This document shows positions 37,594-47,451 of a stretch of DNA of 64,000 bases, piece by piece (the stretch's first letter is position 1; each line of letters begins with the position of its first letter). Below the pieces are notes generated by a model, which was not told where the DNA came from, did not search any database, and saw only the letters and a list, made by a program, of their open reading frames with translations. Where the stretch lies: the NCBI GenBank assembly GCA_965199495.1, contig CBDASK010000003.1, positions 96,001-160,000 on the forward strand, in the 5' to 3' direction. The position numbers were made by a program, and so were the translations under genes. Source of the DNA: Abditibacterium sp. GTDB taxonomy: Bacteria; Armatimonadota; Abditibacteriia; Abditibacteriales; Abditibacteriaceae.

Positions 37594-38400
37594 ATGAAGA
37601 CTCAATTTGAATATGGCGTTACAACAGTAGGCGCGATCTTTTTAGCTCTCGGACTTTTTGGATGCGGCGTTAGAAATCAATCGCCAAATTTGTCTTCCGC
37701 TACGCCGGTGACAGCCAAAACGCCAAAGCCAATGGCGGCTCCAGTGGTAATCAAGCATCAAGCCGCTATTGATGTTGTCGAGTCTAAATCTATCCCGAAA
37801 GCGGTGCGCTCAAGAATGCCAAAAAACGGCAAAAGTGAGTTTTATGGGACGTTCAGCCTTCATCCCAAAGGCGACCACTACGCGCTCCATTTTTATTCGT
37901 TAGGCGCAAAAAAGCCTAACTTCTCATTGGACTTTTTCAGATTCAAGAGCGCATTGCCATCTGCGCGACTTCATTTTCTGAACAAACTCAATTTCAAAGG
38001 TAAAGATACCAATTATAATCTTGATCCTACTCCTACATTGACGGAATTTGAGGGCGTTAAAGCACAAATTTTCTGGGTCAATCCGAAAACCAAGGTTACG
38101 CCTGTTTTAAGGCTCAACTGTTTCGTAGATGGTTTTTATGGAACTATTACAAATAATTATCTTATGGCGTTTTCATCGGACTTTTCTGGAAAAACCATCG
38201 TGCAACAGTTTGGTGATTCTTGGGATCATAATGTGGCGAACAAGTCTTCTTATAATGAGTTGGATAGTCGTGGCCTGATGATGGTAAATCTCACGACCAA
38301 TTTCAACGGTGGCCTGTCTCAATATCGAAAGCTGAAATGGAACGGCAAGATGTTCAAGCAGAAGATTTCACGCACGGCGCCAAGCGGCACCTCCCATTGA
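37594..38400 (+). CDS. Hypothetical lipoprotein, AT-rich
   Basis: Hydrophobic segment ending in lipobox LFGC. Confidence 0.65.
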   Translation: MKTQFEYGVTTVGAIFLALGLFGCGVRNQSPNLSSATPVTAKTPKPMAAPVVIKHQAAIDVVESKSIPKAVRSRMPKNGKSEFYGTFSLHPKGDHYALHFYSLGAKKPNFSLDFFRFKSALPSARLHFLNKLNFKGKDTNYNLDPTPTLTEFEGVKAQIFWVNPKTKVTPVLRLNCFVDGFYGTITNNYLMAFSSDFSGKTIVQQFGDSWDHNVANKSSYNELDSRGLMMVNLTTNFNGGLSQYRKLKWNGKMFKQKISRTAPSGTSH

Positions 38401-38521
38401 ATCGGCAACGCTCAAATCTTTGTCCGATTCGCCTCTTGCAACAAGCCACGCCCGCCCGCGTTAATCGGATAACGCGCGTGTTATTTCGGATTGGCTTGCG
38501 AAAGACGCGTGAGTTCCAAAG

Positions 38522-38554
38522 AAAAAGGCATCCACAATTTGTGGATGCCTTTTT
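38522..38554 (-). terminator. Bidirectional Rho-independent terminator
   Basis: AAAAAGGCATCCACA-ATT-TGTGGATGCCTTTTT. Confidence 0.85.
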
Positions 38555-38567
38555 GTTTGTCCAAATT

Positions 38568-38852
38568 TTATTTTCCGGCTTGATACTCTTCTTCGGGCGT
38601 TTGATCGGGTTCGGGCACATCGGTCGGAACAGCGCTGGCGACTTCACGCGGAGTCTGGTCGGCGTTTTTCACGCCATCCCAAAACTCGTCTTGGGAGACA
38701 ATATGCGCGCCTTCCGGGCCGCCTTCGGTGAACTGGATTTCGTCCGATTTATCGAAACTGGTGGTTAAACCGGCTTCGTCGGCGGAGAATTTGGCGTTGT
38801 CTAAATCGTCTTTTTCGACGACTTCGGGGATTTCATTTTGATTTTGGTTCAT
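38568..38852 (-). CDS. Small acidic hypothetical protein
   Basis: GGAG RBS, terminator directly after the stop. Confidence 0.65.
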   Translation of the reverse strand: MNQNQNEIPEVVEKDDLDNAKFSADEAGLTTSFDKSDEIQFTEGGPEGAHIVSQDEFWDGVKNADQTPREVASAVPTDVPEPDQTPEEEYQAGK

Positions 38853-38897
38853 TAGGTTGCTCCGCGATGAAACGAAGCAAATCGTGAACCTCAGAAC

Positions 38898-39269
38898 CTA
38901 ATCAGCCACCGGCTCGCGCGACAATTGATCGCCGATTTGGACGCCGCAACGATTGATGGTGCCCGCCGCGACTTCGAGGGCGGCGAACGGTTTGCCCGCG
39001 CCATCTTTGGCGACGTGCATTTTGCCGGGGCCGATGTCGGCGACCAAATCGGTCACAATGTCGTCTTTGGTCAGGAAAATCACGTCAATGGCGAACTTCA
39101 TTCCGAACATGTGAATCGAGTTGCCCGGCGTCAGCAAAATGCCTTCGCTTTCGTCCAGACCTTTGCGGCCCAACAAACCTTTGCCGCGCGTCCACAGATT
39201 ATCGGCCAACTGGCAACGCGGGCAAACGACGTTATCACGCGCGGAATTGAGAATGCGGAGCAGTTTCAT
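38898..39269 (-). CDS. DUF192 domain protein
   Basis: AD...R.KGLLGR, SIHMFGMKFAIDVIFL, LEVAAG. Confidence 0.9.
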   Translation of the reverse strand: MKLLRILNSARDNVVCPRCQLADNLWTRGKGLLGRKGLDESEGILLTPGNSIHMFGMKFAIDVIFLTKDDIVTDLVADIGPGKMHVAKDGAGKPFAALEVAAGTINRCGVQIGDQLSREPVAD

Positions 39270-39300
39270 AAGTCGGGACGTAGTGGCATCAAATTAACCA

Positions 39301-39480
39301 CCGGGATAGGCGGACAAAATATTAACCACAAAAACACAGAAATCACAAAGGGCACAAAAAGGACAGAAGGTTTTGAAGAACACTTTTCTATAAAGCAAGT
39401 TCGACTGACTATATCTGAATTTTTTGTGCCCTTTGTGATTTCTGTGTTTTTGTGGTTAATATTTTGTCCGCCTATCCCGG
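39301..39480. repeat. Palindromic element family C with perfect 60-bp arms overlapping a stop codon
   Basis: 39301-39360 is the exact reverse complement of 39421-39480. Confidence 0.95.
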
Positions 39481-40767
39481 CACAACTACAGTCGCCATCG
39501 CGCCCGTCGCGGTAATAGTCACGTCAACTGGCGTGGCTTCGGGCGGGATTTGGCCGGGTTCTTTGATTTGTGGCGAGGCGAAAATGCGGTAATGGCCCGC
39601 TTTGACGGGAAATAGCGCGACGCGGCCCTGGTCATCGGGCAACGCGCGGCGACCGCCGGGGCCAGAGGGGAAAAACGGCAGATCGTCGGCATCGTCGGGA
39701 TTGGGCGGCGGGTCGCCACCCAACTGCCCGTTAGCAGCCACCGGCAACACGCGCAGCGAAACTTCGCCTTTGGTGTAGGGCTGGCCATCGGGCGAACGCA
39801 GTTGCAGATTGAGCGTGCGCGCGCGGCGCGAAGGCGCTTCGACTTTGAGTTCGACCGGCGCGTTCGGCGCGATTGTTATCGGTTGCGAATCGGCGAAATC
39901 GTAGCCCGGCAGCGATAGGCGCGGAATGTAAACGCCGGGTGGCAGACCGTCGAGGGCAATCGTGCCGTCGCCATCGCGCGAGACCAGCAGGCCACGATTG
40001 TTGCTGGCGGCCAGCAGGGCGAAATCTTCGGTGACATCGCGCATCTTTTGCGCCTCGCTCGCGCCAGCGACAGACGACGGCATCAGCGACAAACTGGCGC
40101 CGCCCAATGCGCGGCCCAGACTATCATTCACGGTCATTTTGAGCGCGCCGCCCGCTTGCAACGCGACATCGCGCGGCGCCGTGGCTGGTTCGACGACAGC
40201 GAAATTTTCAATTTGCGCGAAACCCATTGGTGCGCGCAGATAAACCGAGTAATTGCCGGGCTTAATGCCCGGCACCAAAACTTCGCCTTTATCGTTAGAG
40301 CGCGCGTTAATCATCATTTGGCCATCGATGTCGGCGGGCCGCAGACGCACAAAAACCGGCGCATTGACCACGGGCGAGCCGTCGGGCGCGCGCAGGTTGA
40401 GCGTGAAATCTATCAAGCGATCCAGCGTGACGCGTAGTATCGCGTTGCCCGCGCGCCATTTGCTGATCTCAAAATAGGGCAACGTCGCGTAACCGGGCGC
40501 CTCGACGGTCATTCCATAATCGCCCTCTTCGGCGTCGGGAAAGCGGAAGTTGCCCGCCGCATCCGATTGCGCGGTCGCCCCCCAGAACGCGACGTTTGAG
40601 CGTGATTCAGAGCGTCGCAGAGAAAGCAACGCCCCCGCAATCGGGTCGCCCTTGACGGTCGAAACCACGCCAATAATTGGCGCGCGGTCGGGCAACGGCT
40701 GACAAAACGCGGGACGGGCCAAAACGATAAATAGGACGAAGGTTGAGACGCGAAAAATGGGTTTCAT
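39472..40767 (-). CDS. Secreted protein with carboxypeptidase-regulatory-like (transthyretin-like) repeats
   Basis: Signal peptide; repeated G.PI.GA...D..G.F....G.Y...V.APGY pattern. Confidence 0.78.
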   Translation of the reverse strand: MKPIFRVSTFVLFIVLARPAFCQPLPDRAPIIGVVSTVKGDPIAGALLSLRRSESRSNVAFWGATAQSDAAGNFRFPDAEEGDYGMTVEAPGYATLPYFEISKWRAGNAILRVTLDRLIDFTLNLRAPDGSPVVNAPVFVRLRPADIDGQMMINARSNDKGEVLVPGIKPGNYSVYLRAPMGFAQIENFAVVEPATAPRDVALQAGGALKMTVNDSLGRALGGASLSLMPSSVAGASEAQKMRDVTEDFALLAASNNRGLLVSRDGDGTIALDGLPPGVYIPRLSLPGYDFADSQPITIAPNAPVELKVEAPSRRARTLNLQLRSPDGQPYTKGEVSLRVLPVAANGQLGGDPPPNPDDADDLPFFPSGPGGRRALPDDQGRVALFPVKAGHYRIFASPQIKEPGQIPPEATPVDVTITATGAMATVVVPG

Positions 40768-40940
40768 ATTATCTATGCCGAACGGGAAGTTTCGATTCGC
40801 TAACGCTTCTCAAAAAACCTCGCGACAGTTCTGCGCCAATCATAGACAACTGCGGCGCGCGCCGGTTGTCTATGCAACACTGCTTGACACGTTTCGCCGC
40901 CGCTCCCCCGCGCCCGACGAATCAGAGTTCCCCGGTTTTG

Positions 40941-43900
40941 ATGTCCAAATCTTCGTTTTCGTCTTCGCGCAATTTGGCCCGTCGCGTGCGCGACGGGCGT
41001 TTGGGCGCGCTCGATGCACGGATTCCGCGCCGCCGTTTGAATCTCGGTAAGAAACGCGGCGCGCCCGGCAAAAACGCGGTGCGCGGTCTTGGGGCGGTCG
41101 CGTTGTTGGCGGTGGCTGGTCTGAGCGTGCGCGGATTGTTCGGGCAACGTTTGGACATCGCCAGCCAGATCGAACGCGCGGTGCGCGCCAAATATATTCC
41201 GCAACTCGAAAAACAGTTGGGCCAAAAAGTCGAAGTCGGCGAGTTTTCGACCGATTTGCTGGGCCGCTTGACGATTAGCGATGTCGTCATCGGGCGCAAC
41301 GCCAAACTGCCGACGGGCGCGCTGATTCGCGCCAAAAGTTTGACCATCGGCCTCGACATCATCGGTCTGGCGCTGGGCCGCGAGCAACCGCTCGATGCGG
41401 TCAACCGCGTGACGATTCAGTCGCCGCAGGTTTATGTCGAGCGTTTTCCCAACGGCAAATTCAACCTCGAATCGCTGTTACCGCCGCGCAAGCCGAACGC
41501 GCCCAAAACGGTGTGGACGGGCACGGTCATCGTCAACGACGGGCGCGCGTTTTACTTCGACCGCGCCTTGAAATCGCATTCGGGGCGCGGGTTCAAAGCC
41601 GACCTGACTGGCATCGAAGCGACAGTCGAGGCGCGCGGCGACGATCCGTATCTCGCCAACGTCAAAATCGGCCAAACACTGTTGCCCGATGGCAGCATCG
41701 TGCGCGACGTGAGCGCGCAGGGCACGATAGGACTTCAGCCCAATCGCGGTTGGGTCAAAGCGAAATTCCCGCAAATCCCGGCGGCGATTTTGACCGATTT
41801 CGGCTTGCCCAAAGGCGAGGCCGTCGCGCAAAGCGGCGGCGTGAGCGGCGAAGTTCAAGTCGCCATTGACGGCAAAAATTTCACGCCGCGCGGCAATTTG
41901 CAATTGAGTAATATCAATCTCGTCAGCGACGCCGCGCGCGAACCGCTGGGCGGCGTTGTCAAAGCCGGGCCGCCGATTCGCGTGCAAAATTTGAACGGGC
42001 CGCTGCGATTCTCCAATCGCGCCATCGAAACCGGCGCATTGTCGGCGCGCGTTTTAGATGTGCCGTGGACAGTGCGCGGTTCGGCCTCAATTGAAAAAGA
42101 CGAGACACCGCTTTTTGACTTTCAAATCGCCACGCCCAACTTGCCAGTGAATCGCCTAAAAAGCTGGGCCAAACCCGGCGCGGTTCCGGTCAACTGGCGC
42201 AGCGGCAACGTCGGTTTGAGCGCGCATCTGAGCGGTTCGCCCGATGACGCGCGCATTAGCGGCGCCATCGAAGCGCGCGATGTGCGCGTGCAATCCACGA
42301 ATGAAGGCGCGCTGAAAAACATCGGCTTCGATGCAGCCACGCCGAGTCTGCGCGCGACGTTTGTGGCGCTGGCGCGCAAGGGCGAGCCGGTAAAATTCGC
42401 CGCGCGCGCCCAATCGCCGCGCTTGCAAGGCGCGGGCAATGCCGCTGGACAAAGCGGTTCGGGCGTTTTGTCGAATCTCGAAATCACCGCGCGCGGCGGC
42501 GGCGGGCCGAATTCGCCGCTCGAAATCAGCGCGCGCGCTGCGACATGGAACGCATCTTCGCCGCGTTATGGCGCGACGAATGGGCGCGCTTTAAACGTCG
42601 TGGCTTCGACCAAAGCGATTGGCGCTCCGGCATTTCAGGGCAAATTAACCGTCGCCGACGCCGATTTGAACGGCGTTAATCTCAACGCCATCGCGCCCGA
42701 CGCGGCGCGTTTGGTGCGCGAAGTCGGGCGCGCTTCGGCGAGCGTGACGTTTGCCGATGTGGGCCGCGACCTCAAAGCGGCGCGCGCGACGGCGGATGTG
42801 ACATTGTCGCGCGTCGCCATCGCGCCCGCCGCGCTGCCGGTCGAGTTTCGCGACAGCGTGCCCGCGTCGGCCCTCGCGTTCGATAATCTGCGCGCGCGCA
42901 TCGGCGTACGCGACGGCGTAATCGTGGTGCCAAACGCAACAGCGCGCGGCGGATTTGGCGGACTAAGGGCGACGAGCGCGGGCGGCGGTTTCGCCGTCGA
43001 ATTGCCCGACGTTCGATTAACGGCGGCGCAGATCAATCCGTTTTTGCGCGCGCGCGGTCTGGCGATTGGCGGCGATTGGCGCGGGCGCGTGGCTGTTGTT
43101 GGCGCCGGGCCGAAAACGTTCGATGCGACGTTTTCATTAAGTAGCAATTCGGTCACGGTGCGCGACCGCCGCGCTCAGGCGGCGGGCTTGCGTTTGGACG
43201 GGCCTTCGATTGTTGGGCGCGTCAACGTCCAGCCGGGCGGCGCTTACAAAGGCGAGGCGGTTGTCGCGGCGCGCGAAGTGACGGCGCGCGGTGGCTCGCT
43301 TGGGCCGGGCGTCGCGATTCCCGTTCAATTGGCTGGCGCGCGCGCGGTCGGGTTGCGCGTCAACGCTAACTTCGCTCCGCGCCAGTGGGCGGCGCGCGTG
43401 GACGTAACGCGCGCCGCCGTGCCAGTTCCGGGCGCGATTGCGACCGTGAACGATGCGAGCGGTTTGGCGCAAAGCGATGGCGATAACATTCGTTTGACGC
43501 GCTTGAACGCCAAATTCGCGGGCGGGCAATTCGACGGAACCGGCGAATTGAACAAGGGCAAAATTAGCGCGAAAGTTTTGGCGCGCGATGTCGAGGCGGG
43601 CGCGCTGCAACGCTTGTTGGCGGACAAAAGTCTGCGCGAGGCGCGGCTCAAAGGCCGGGTCAGCGCGTTGGTTTCGATTGAGAACGGCGGCGCTCCGCGC
43701 GTCGAGGCGCAGTTGGCGGGCGGCAGCGCGACGCTCGTGCGGTCAGGCGTCGTCGTGCCGATTGATGTCGCCAAAACGCGTTTGACCGTGACGGGCCAGA
43801 CCGCCACGATTCAAGGGGCGACGCTGTGGAGCGACGGCGCGCGTTTTAGCGCGACGGGTCAAGTGGATTTAGGGAGCATCGGCAAGAATAAAAACGGTTT

Positions 43901-46900
43901 GCCCGCCGCCAGCGGCACGTTGCGGGTGGACGCGTTGCGATTGGCGAATTGGACTGCACGCTTGCAGCAATTGGGCGTGGCTGGTCTCAACAATGCGGCT
44001 TTTAAGCAAGCGGCGTTGGATGGCATCGTGAGCGGCGATTTTCAGTTGCAGGGTGGAATTGCGCCGCGCGTCGAGGGCACCGTCGAACTGCGCGCGGGCA
44101 CAGCGTTTGGCGGCGAAATCCAGAGTTCGTCGGCGAAATTAGTCGCGGCGCAAAGCGGCGGCGGTTTGCGTTTGGCGGTTTCCGATTGGACGGGCCGCAT
44201 CGAAGGCGCGCCGTTTGAGGGCGCCCTGGCGCTCGATACCGTGGGCAATACGTGGAACGTGAGTTTAAAAACCGACGATTTAGACGCGGGACGCGCCGCG
44301 CGATTGCGGGCTTTGAGCGCGCGAAGCGGCGAGAACGCCAAAATCAAACTGTTGCCCATCGAAGGCGATTTGAGCGCTGACATCAATGTTGCGGGCGTGT
44401 TGAAACCGGTGGCCAAAGGCGACCAACCGTTTTTCGTGCCGCGCTCCGGTTACGCGCGTTTGGTGGCCAATAATGTCGCGTGGCGCGGGCGTCCGGTTGG
44501 GACGTTGCGAGCTAATTTGGAAGTGGACGGGCAATTGGCGCGCATTCAGACTTTGGAATTGGAGCCGACCAAAAGCGGTCTCAACAATGCAGCCACGCCG
44601 CGCCTGAGCGCGTCGGGCACGATTCCCCTGGCGCCCGATGCGCCCGGTTTGAACGTGAATTTGGAAGTCGGCGAGGCGCCGCTGCAATTCTTCGCCGACG
44701 CCACGCGCGACGCGCGCGATGCGCTGTTGGATACGGGCATCCAACAAACGGCTTTGGATCAAGTCGTGAGATACGCCGACGCGTTGCCCGTTGGCACACG
44801 CGGCAACGTCGCGATGCGCGCTTCGATTGGCGGCACTTTGCGCCGCCCGACTTTCACTGTGCCTTCGCTGACTTTGCGCGATGGACGCGCGCCGTTGCCC
44901 TACGGCGGTTTCAGCCCGCCCGCGACTTTGGATGCCGCGTTTTCCTATGGCAACGGCATCGCGACGATCAGCCAGGGCGAGTTTCGGTTGCAAAAAACCG
45001 CCGCCGAACGCGCCGACGATGCCGACGCCGACGATACGCTGCTGCGCATCGAGCCGGGCGCGACGGTTGATATTAACGGAGACATCGCACTGGCGGCGGA
45101 TGTTTTCAACGCCAACTTGTCGCAGTTGGCGACATGGGTGCCCGCGCTGCGTGGCGACAACAACGCGCCCGCGATTCGCGGCGAGTTGACCGAATTTTCG
45201 CTGCGATTAAGCGGCCAGACGCGCAATCCCGATGTCGTCGGCTCGATTCAGACCGAGAACTTGTTGTATAAAAACTATACAATTGACCGTTTGCGATTGT
45301 CACGATTCGACATCCGCGACGGTAAATTGGAAATCGCGCCCGGCAACTTCACCGTCGCCAAGGGCGCCTATCAATCGTCGGCGGCTTCGGGCGTCATCGG
45401 CTGGGATTGGGCGAGCGGCGGGCCTTTGTTAAATGGGCCGATTAACGTGAATTTTCCGGTTCAGACCGGCGATTTCGCGGCGTTGGCGGGATTGTTCGTG
45501 CCGCAATTGACGCAGGTCGCCGCCGACGATTTTTCGGGCGGCGTGCAGGTCGTCGGCACGCTGGCTAACCCGAAGTTGAGCGGAAGCGTTACGCTCAAAG
45601 ACGCGCGTTTTAGTCTGGCCGGGCCGCAAATGACTGTGCCCGTCGGCATGAAAAACGTGAGCGGCACGCTGCGATTTACGCCCGACGAGCGCATCGAAAT
45701 TGACGCCGATGATCCGTTGCGCGGCAGTTTTGTCAGCGCGGCTTCGATCCAAGCGCCCTCAACCGAAAAGCCGCAACCCAAAAGCAAAAAGAAGGCGAAA
45801 ATCGCCGGGCCGCCGCCGTTTGTTTTGGCGGGCGACTGGAAACTGCGCGGCGGCATCGGACTGGATTTGAGCGCCGATTCGATCAGTAATCCGGCGCGCG
45901 CCCTTGGGCGTCAGAAATACGATCTGGCGTTTTCCCTCGATAACGCCAGCATCGGTTCGCCGATGTTGGCGGGCGCGCGCGATGGCGATGCGGCAATTTT
46001 ATTCAAAACCGGCGACGACGGCGCGCAGCACTTGCGGTGGATGGTCGCCGCGCGTGGCCGCCGCAAGGACAAACAGAGCAAAGGCGGTGGCGAAATGGTT
46101 TCGATTGGCTCGTTTCAATTGCGCGACGACTTCGCGAGCGGAACGGATGCGCTCCTGCGTTCGACGGCGCAGGATTTCGGAACGACGGACGATTTCCAGG
46201 ATTTCGCCGTCGCCAAACGCATTAATTTGGAATCGCTGCCCGACCGGCGCCCGCAGATCAAGATCAATAATTTCGAGTGGAGTTACACCGGCGTCGGCAG
46301 TGGCGAAGTGGACGGGCGTCTGGTTTTGGACAACCGCGACGCGATTCAACAGGCGCCCAAAGCCGCCGTCGAACTGCGCAACGCCAAAGCTAAAACGCCT
46401 TCGTTGCAGGACGATTTAAAAAATCGCCGCACTTCGCAGCTGCCGTCGCCACTGCCCACGCGCATTCTCAGCGCGGCGCAATTGCGCCCGATCCAAATCG
46501 AAGCGCCCAACGCCAATCCCGATTTGCCGCTACGCGTGGGCGGGCAAATCACGTTGCAAAACACCACAATCGTCGGCGCGCCCGCGAGCGGCGATGGCGT
46601 GGTGACGCGGCTTTCGCTGTTTCCCAGCGCGCCGCGATTCGATGTGCGCTTGATTCTGGGCGATAAAGTCGAGTTCGTCACTTCAGCGTTTCGCACCGGT
46701 TTGGAGGGCGAACTGGTCGCTTCGGGCGTGCCGAGTAATCCGCAGATTTTGGGCACGGTGCAGACGCGCAACGGGCAGGTGCGCTTTCCCAACGCGCGCG
46801 CCCGCGTGACGCAGGGCCGCGTCACGGTCGCCATCACGCGCGATCCCTCGACTGATTTGTTGCGCACGCGCGTGGACATTGACGCCACAGCCACGGGCCG

Positions 46901-47435
46901 CGCCGGGCGCTATCTGATTACACTCGGATTAAGTGGCCCGCTCGATTTGGACGGCGCCGGACAGAACCTGCAAAACCTGCGCGTGGACGTAACTTCCGAT
47001 CCGCCCTTATCGCAAAACGAAGCGTTCGCGCAATTGCTTGGCACGGCGCCGCGCACTGATGCCAACGGCAACGTCACCGCCGCCGAAATGAATCAGGCGT
47101 ATGCGGGCGCGGTTTTGCAGGTGTTGTCAGCGCCGCTCTTTTCGGGCGTCGAACGTTCGGTCGCGCAGGCGCTGGGACTCGATAGCGTGAGCTTTGAATA
47201 TCGCTTCGATGAACCGCTCTCGGTTCAGTTTTCCAAGTCGCTGACCGACCGCGTTTTCGTGAGTTATCGCCGCTCGTTTGGCGCTTCGGAAAATACCAGC
47301 GGCGGCCTCAGTTCGGGCCGCACGCCGTTTGAACTCAGCATCGAATATCTGCTCAAAGGCAATTTGCGCTTGGGCCTCAAAACCGACGAAAGCCGCGTCA
47401 CCACGCTCACGCTGGGCCAAACCTACCGGTTTTAG
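40941..47435 (+). CDS. Giant TamB/AsmA-like envelope protein (C-terminal DUF490-like)
   Basis: N-terminal TM anchor, beta-strand-rich body, C-terminal SDPPLSQNE and LGLD...RF ending; start uncertain. Confidence 0.78.
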   Translation: MSKSSFSSSRNLARRVRDGRLGALDARIPRRRLNLGKKRGAPGKNAVRGLGAVALLAVAGLSVRGLFGQRLDIASQIERAVRAKYIPQLEKQLGQKVEVGEFSTDLLGRLTISDVVIGRNAKLPTGALIRAKSLTIGLDIIGLALGREQPLDAVNRVTIQSPQVYVERFPNGKFNLESLLPPRKPNAPKTVWTGTVIVNDGRAFYFDRALKSHSGRGFKADLTGIEATVEARGDDPYLANVKIGQTLLPDGSIVRDVSAQGTIGLQPNRGWVKAKFPQIPAAILTDFGLPKGEAVAQSGGVSGEVQVAIDGKNFTPRGNLQLSNINLVSDAAREPLGGVVKAGPPIRVQNLNGPLRFSNRAIETGALSARVLDVPWTVRGSASIEKDETPLFDFQIATPNLPVNRLKSWAKPGAVPVNWRSGNVGLSAHLSGSPDDARISGAIEARDVRVQSTNEGALKNIGFDAATPSLRATFVALARKGEPVKFAARAQSPRLQGAGNAAGQSGSGVLSNLEITARGGGGPNSPLEISARAATWNASSPRYGATNGRALNVVASTKAIGAPAFQGKLTVADADLNGVNLNAIAPDAARLVREVGRASASVTFADVGRDLKAARATADVTLSRVAIAPAALPVEFRDSVPASALAFDNLRARIGVRDGVIVVPNATARGGFGGLRATSAGGGFAVELPDVRLTAAQINPFLRARGLAIGGDWRGRVAVVGAGPKTFDATFSLSSNSVTVRDRRAQAAGLRLDGPSIVGRVNVQPGGAYKGEAVVAAREVTARGGSLGPGVAIPVQLAGARAVGLRVNANFAPRQWAARVDVTRAAVPVPGAIATVNDASGLAQSDGDNIRLTRLNAKFAGGQFDGTGELNKGKISAKVLARDVEAGALQRLLADKSLREARLKGRVSALVSIENGGAPRVEAQLAGGSATLVRSGVVVPIDVAKTRLTVTGQTATIQGATLWSDGARFSATGQVDLGSIGKNKNGLPAASGTLRVDALRLANWTARLQQLGVAGLNNAAFKQAALDGIVSGDFQLQGGIAPRVEGTVELRAGTAFGGEIQSSSAKLVAAQSGGGLRLAVSDWTGRIEGAPFEGALALDTVGNTWNVSLKTDDLDAGRAARLRALSARSGENAKIKLLPIEGDLSADINVAGVLKPVAKGDQPFFVPRSGYARLVANNVAWRGRPVGTLRANLEVDGQLARIQTLELEPTKSGLNNAATPRLSASGTIPLAPDAPGLNVNLEVGEAPLQFFADATRDARDALLDTGIQQTALDQVVRYADALPVGTRGNVAMRASIGGTLRRPTFTVPSLTLRDGRAPLPYGGFSPPATLDAAFSYGNGIATISQGEFRLQKTAAERADDADADDTLLRIEPGATVDINGDIALAADVFNANLSQLATWVPALRGDNNAPAIRGELTEFSLRLSGQTRNPDVVGSIQTENLLYKNYTIDRLRLSRFDIRDGKLEIAPGNFTVAKGAYQSSAASGVIGWDWASGGPLLNGPINVNFPVQTGDFAALAGLFVPQLTQVAADDFSGGVQVVGTLANPKLSGSVTLKDARFSLAGPQMTVPVGMKNVSGTLRFTPDERIEIDADDPLRGSFVSAASIQAPSTEKPQPKSKKKAKIAGPPPFVLAGDWKLRGGIGLDLSADSISNPARALGRQKYDLAFSLDNASIGSPMLAGARDGDAAILFKTGDDGAQHLRWMVAARGRRKDKQSKGGGEMVSIGSFQLRDDFASGTDALLRSTAQDFGTTDDFQDFAVAKRINLESLPDRRPQIKINNFEWSYTGVGSGEVDGRLVLDNRDAIQQAPKAAVELRNAKAKTPSLQDDLKNRRTSQLPSPLPTRILSAAQLRPIQIEAPNANPDLPLRVGGQITLQNTTIVGAPASGDGVVTRLSLFPSAPRFDVRLILGDKVEFVTSAFRTGLEGELVASGVPSNPQILGTVQTRNGQVRFPNARARVTQGRVTVAITRDPSTDLLRTRVDIDATATGRAGRYLITLGLSGPLDLDGAGQNLQNLRVDVTSDPPLSQNEAFAQLLGTAPRTDANGNVTAAEMNQAYAGAVLQVLSAPLFSGVERSVAQALGLDSVSFEYRFDEPLSVQFSKSLTDRVFVSYRRSFGASENTSGGLSSGRTPFELSIEYLLKGNLRLGLKTDESRVTTLTLGQTYRF

Positions 47436-47451
47436 CGCGCAAAAACTGCGC

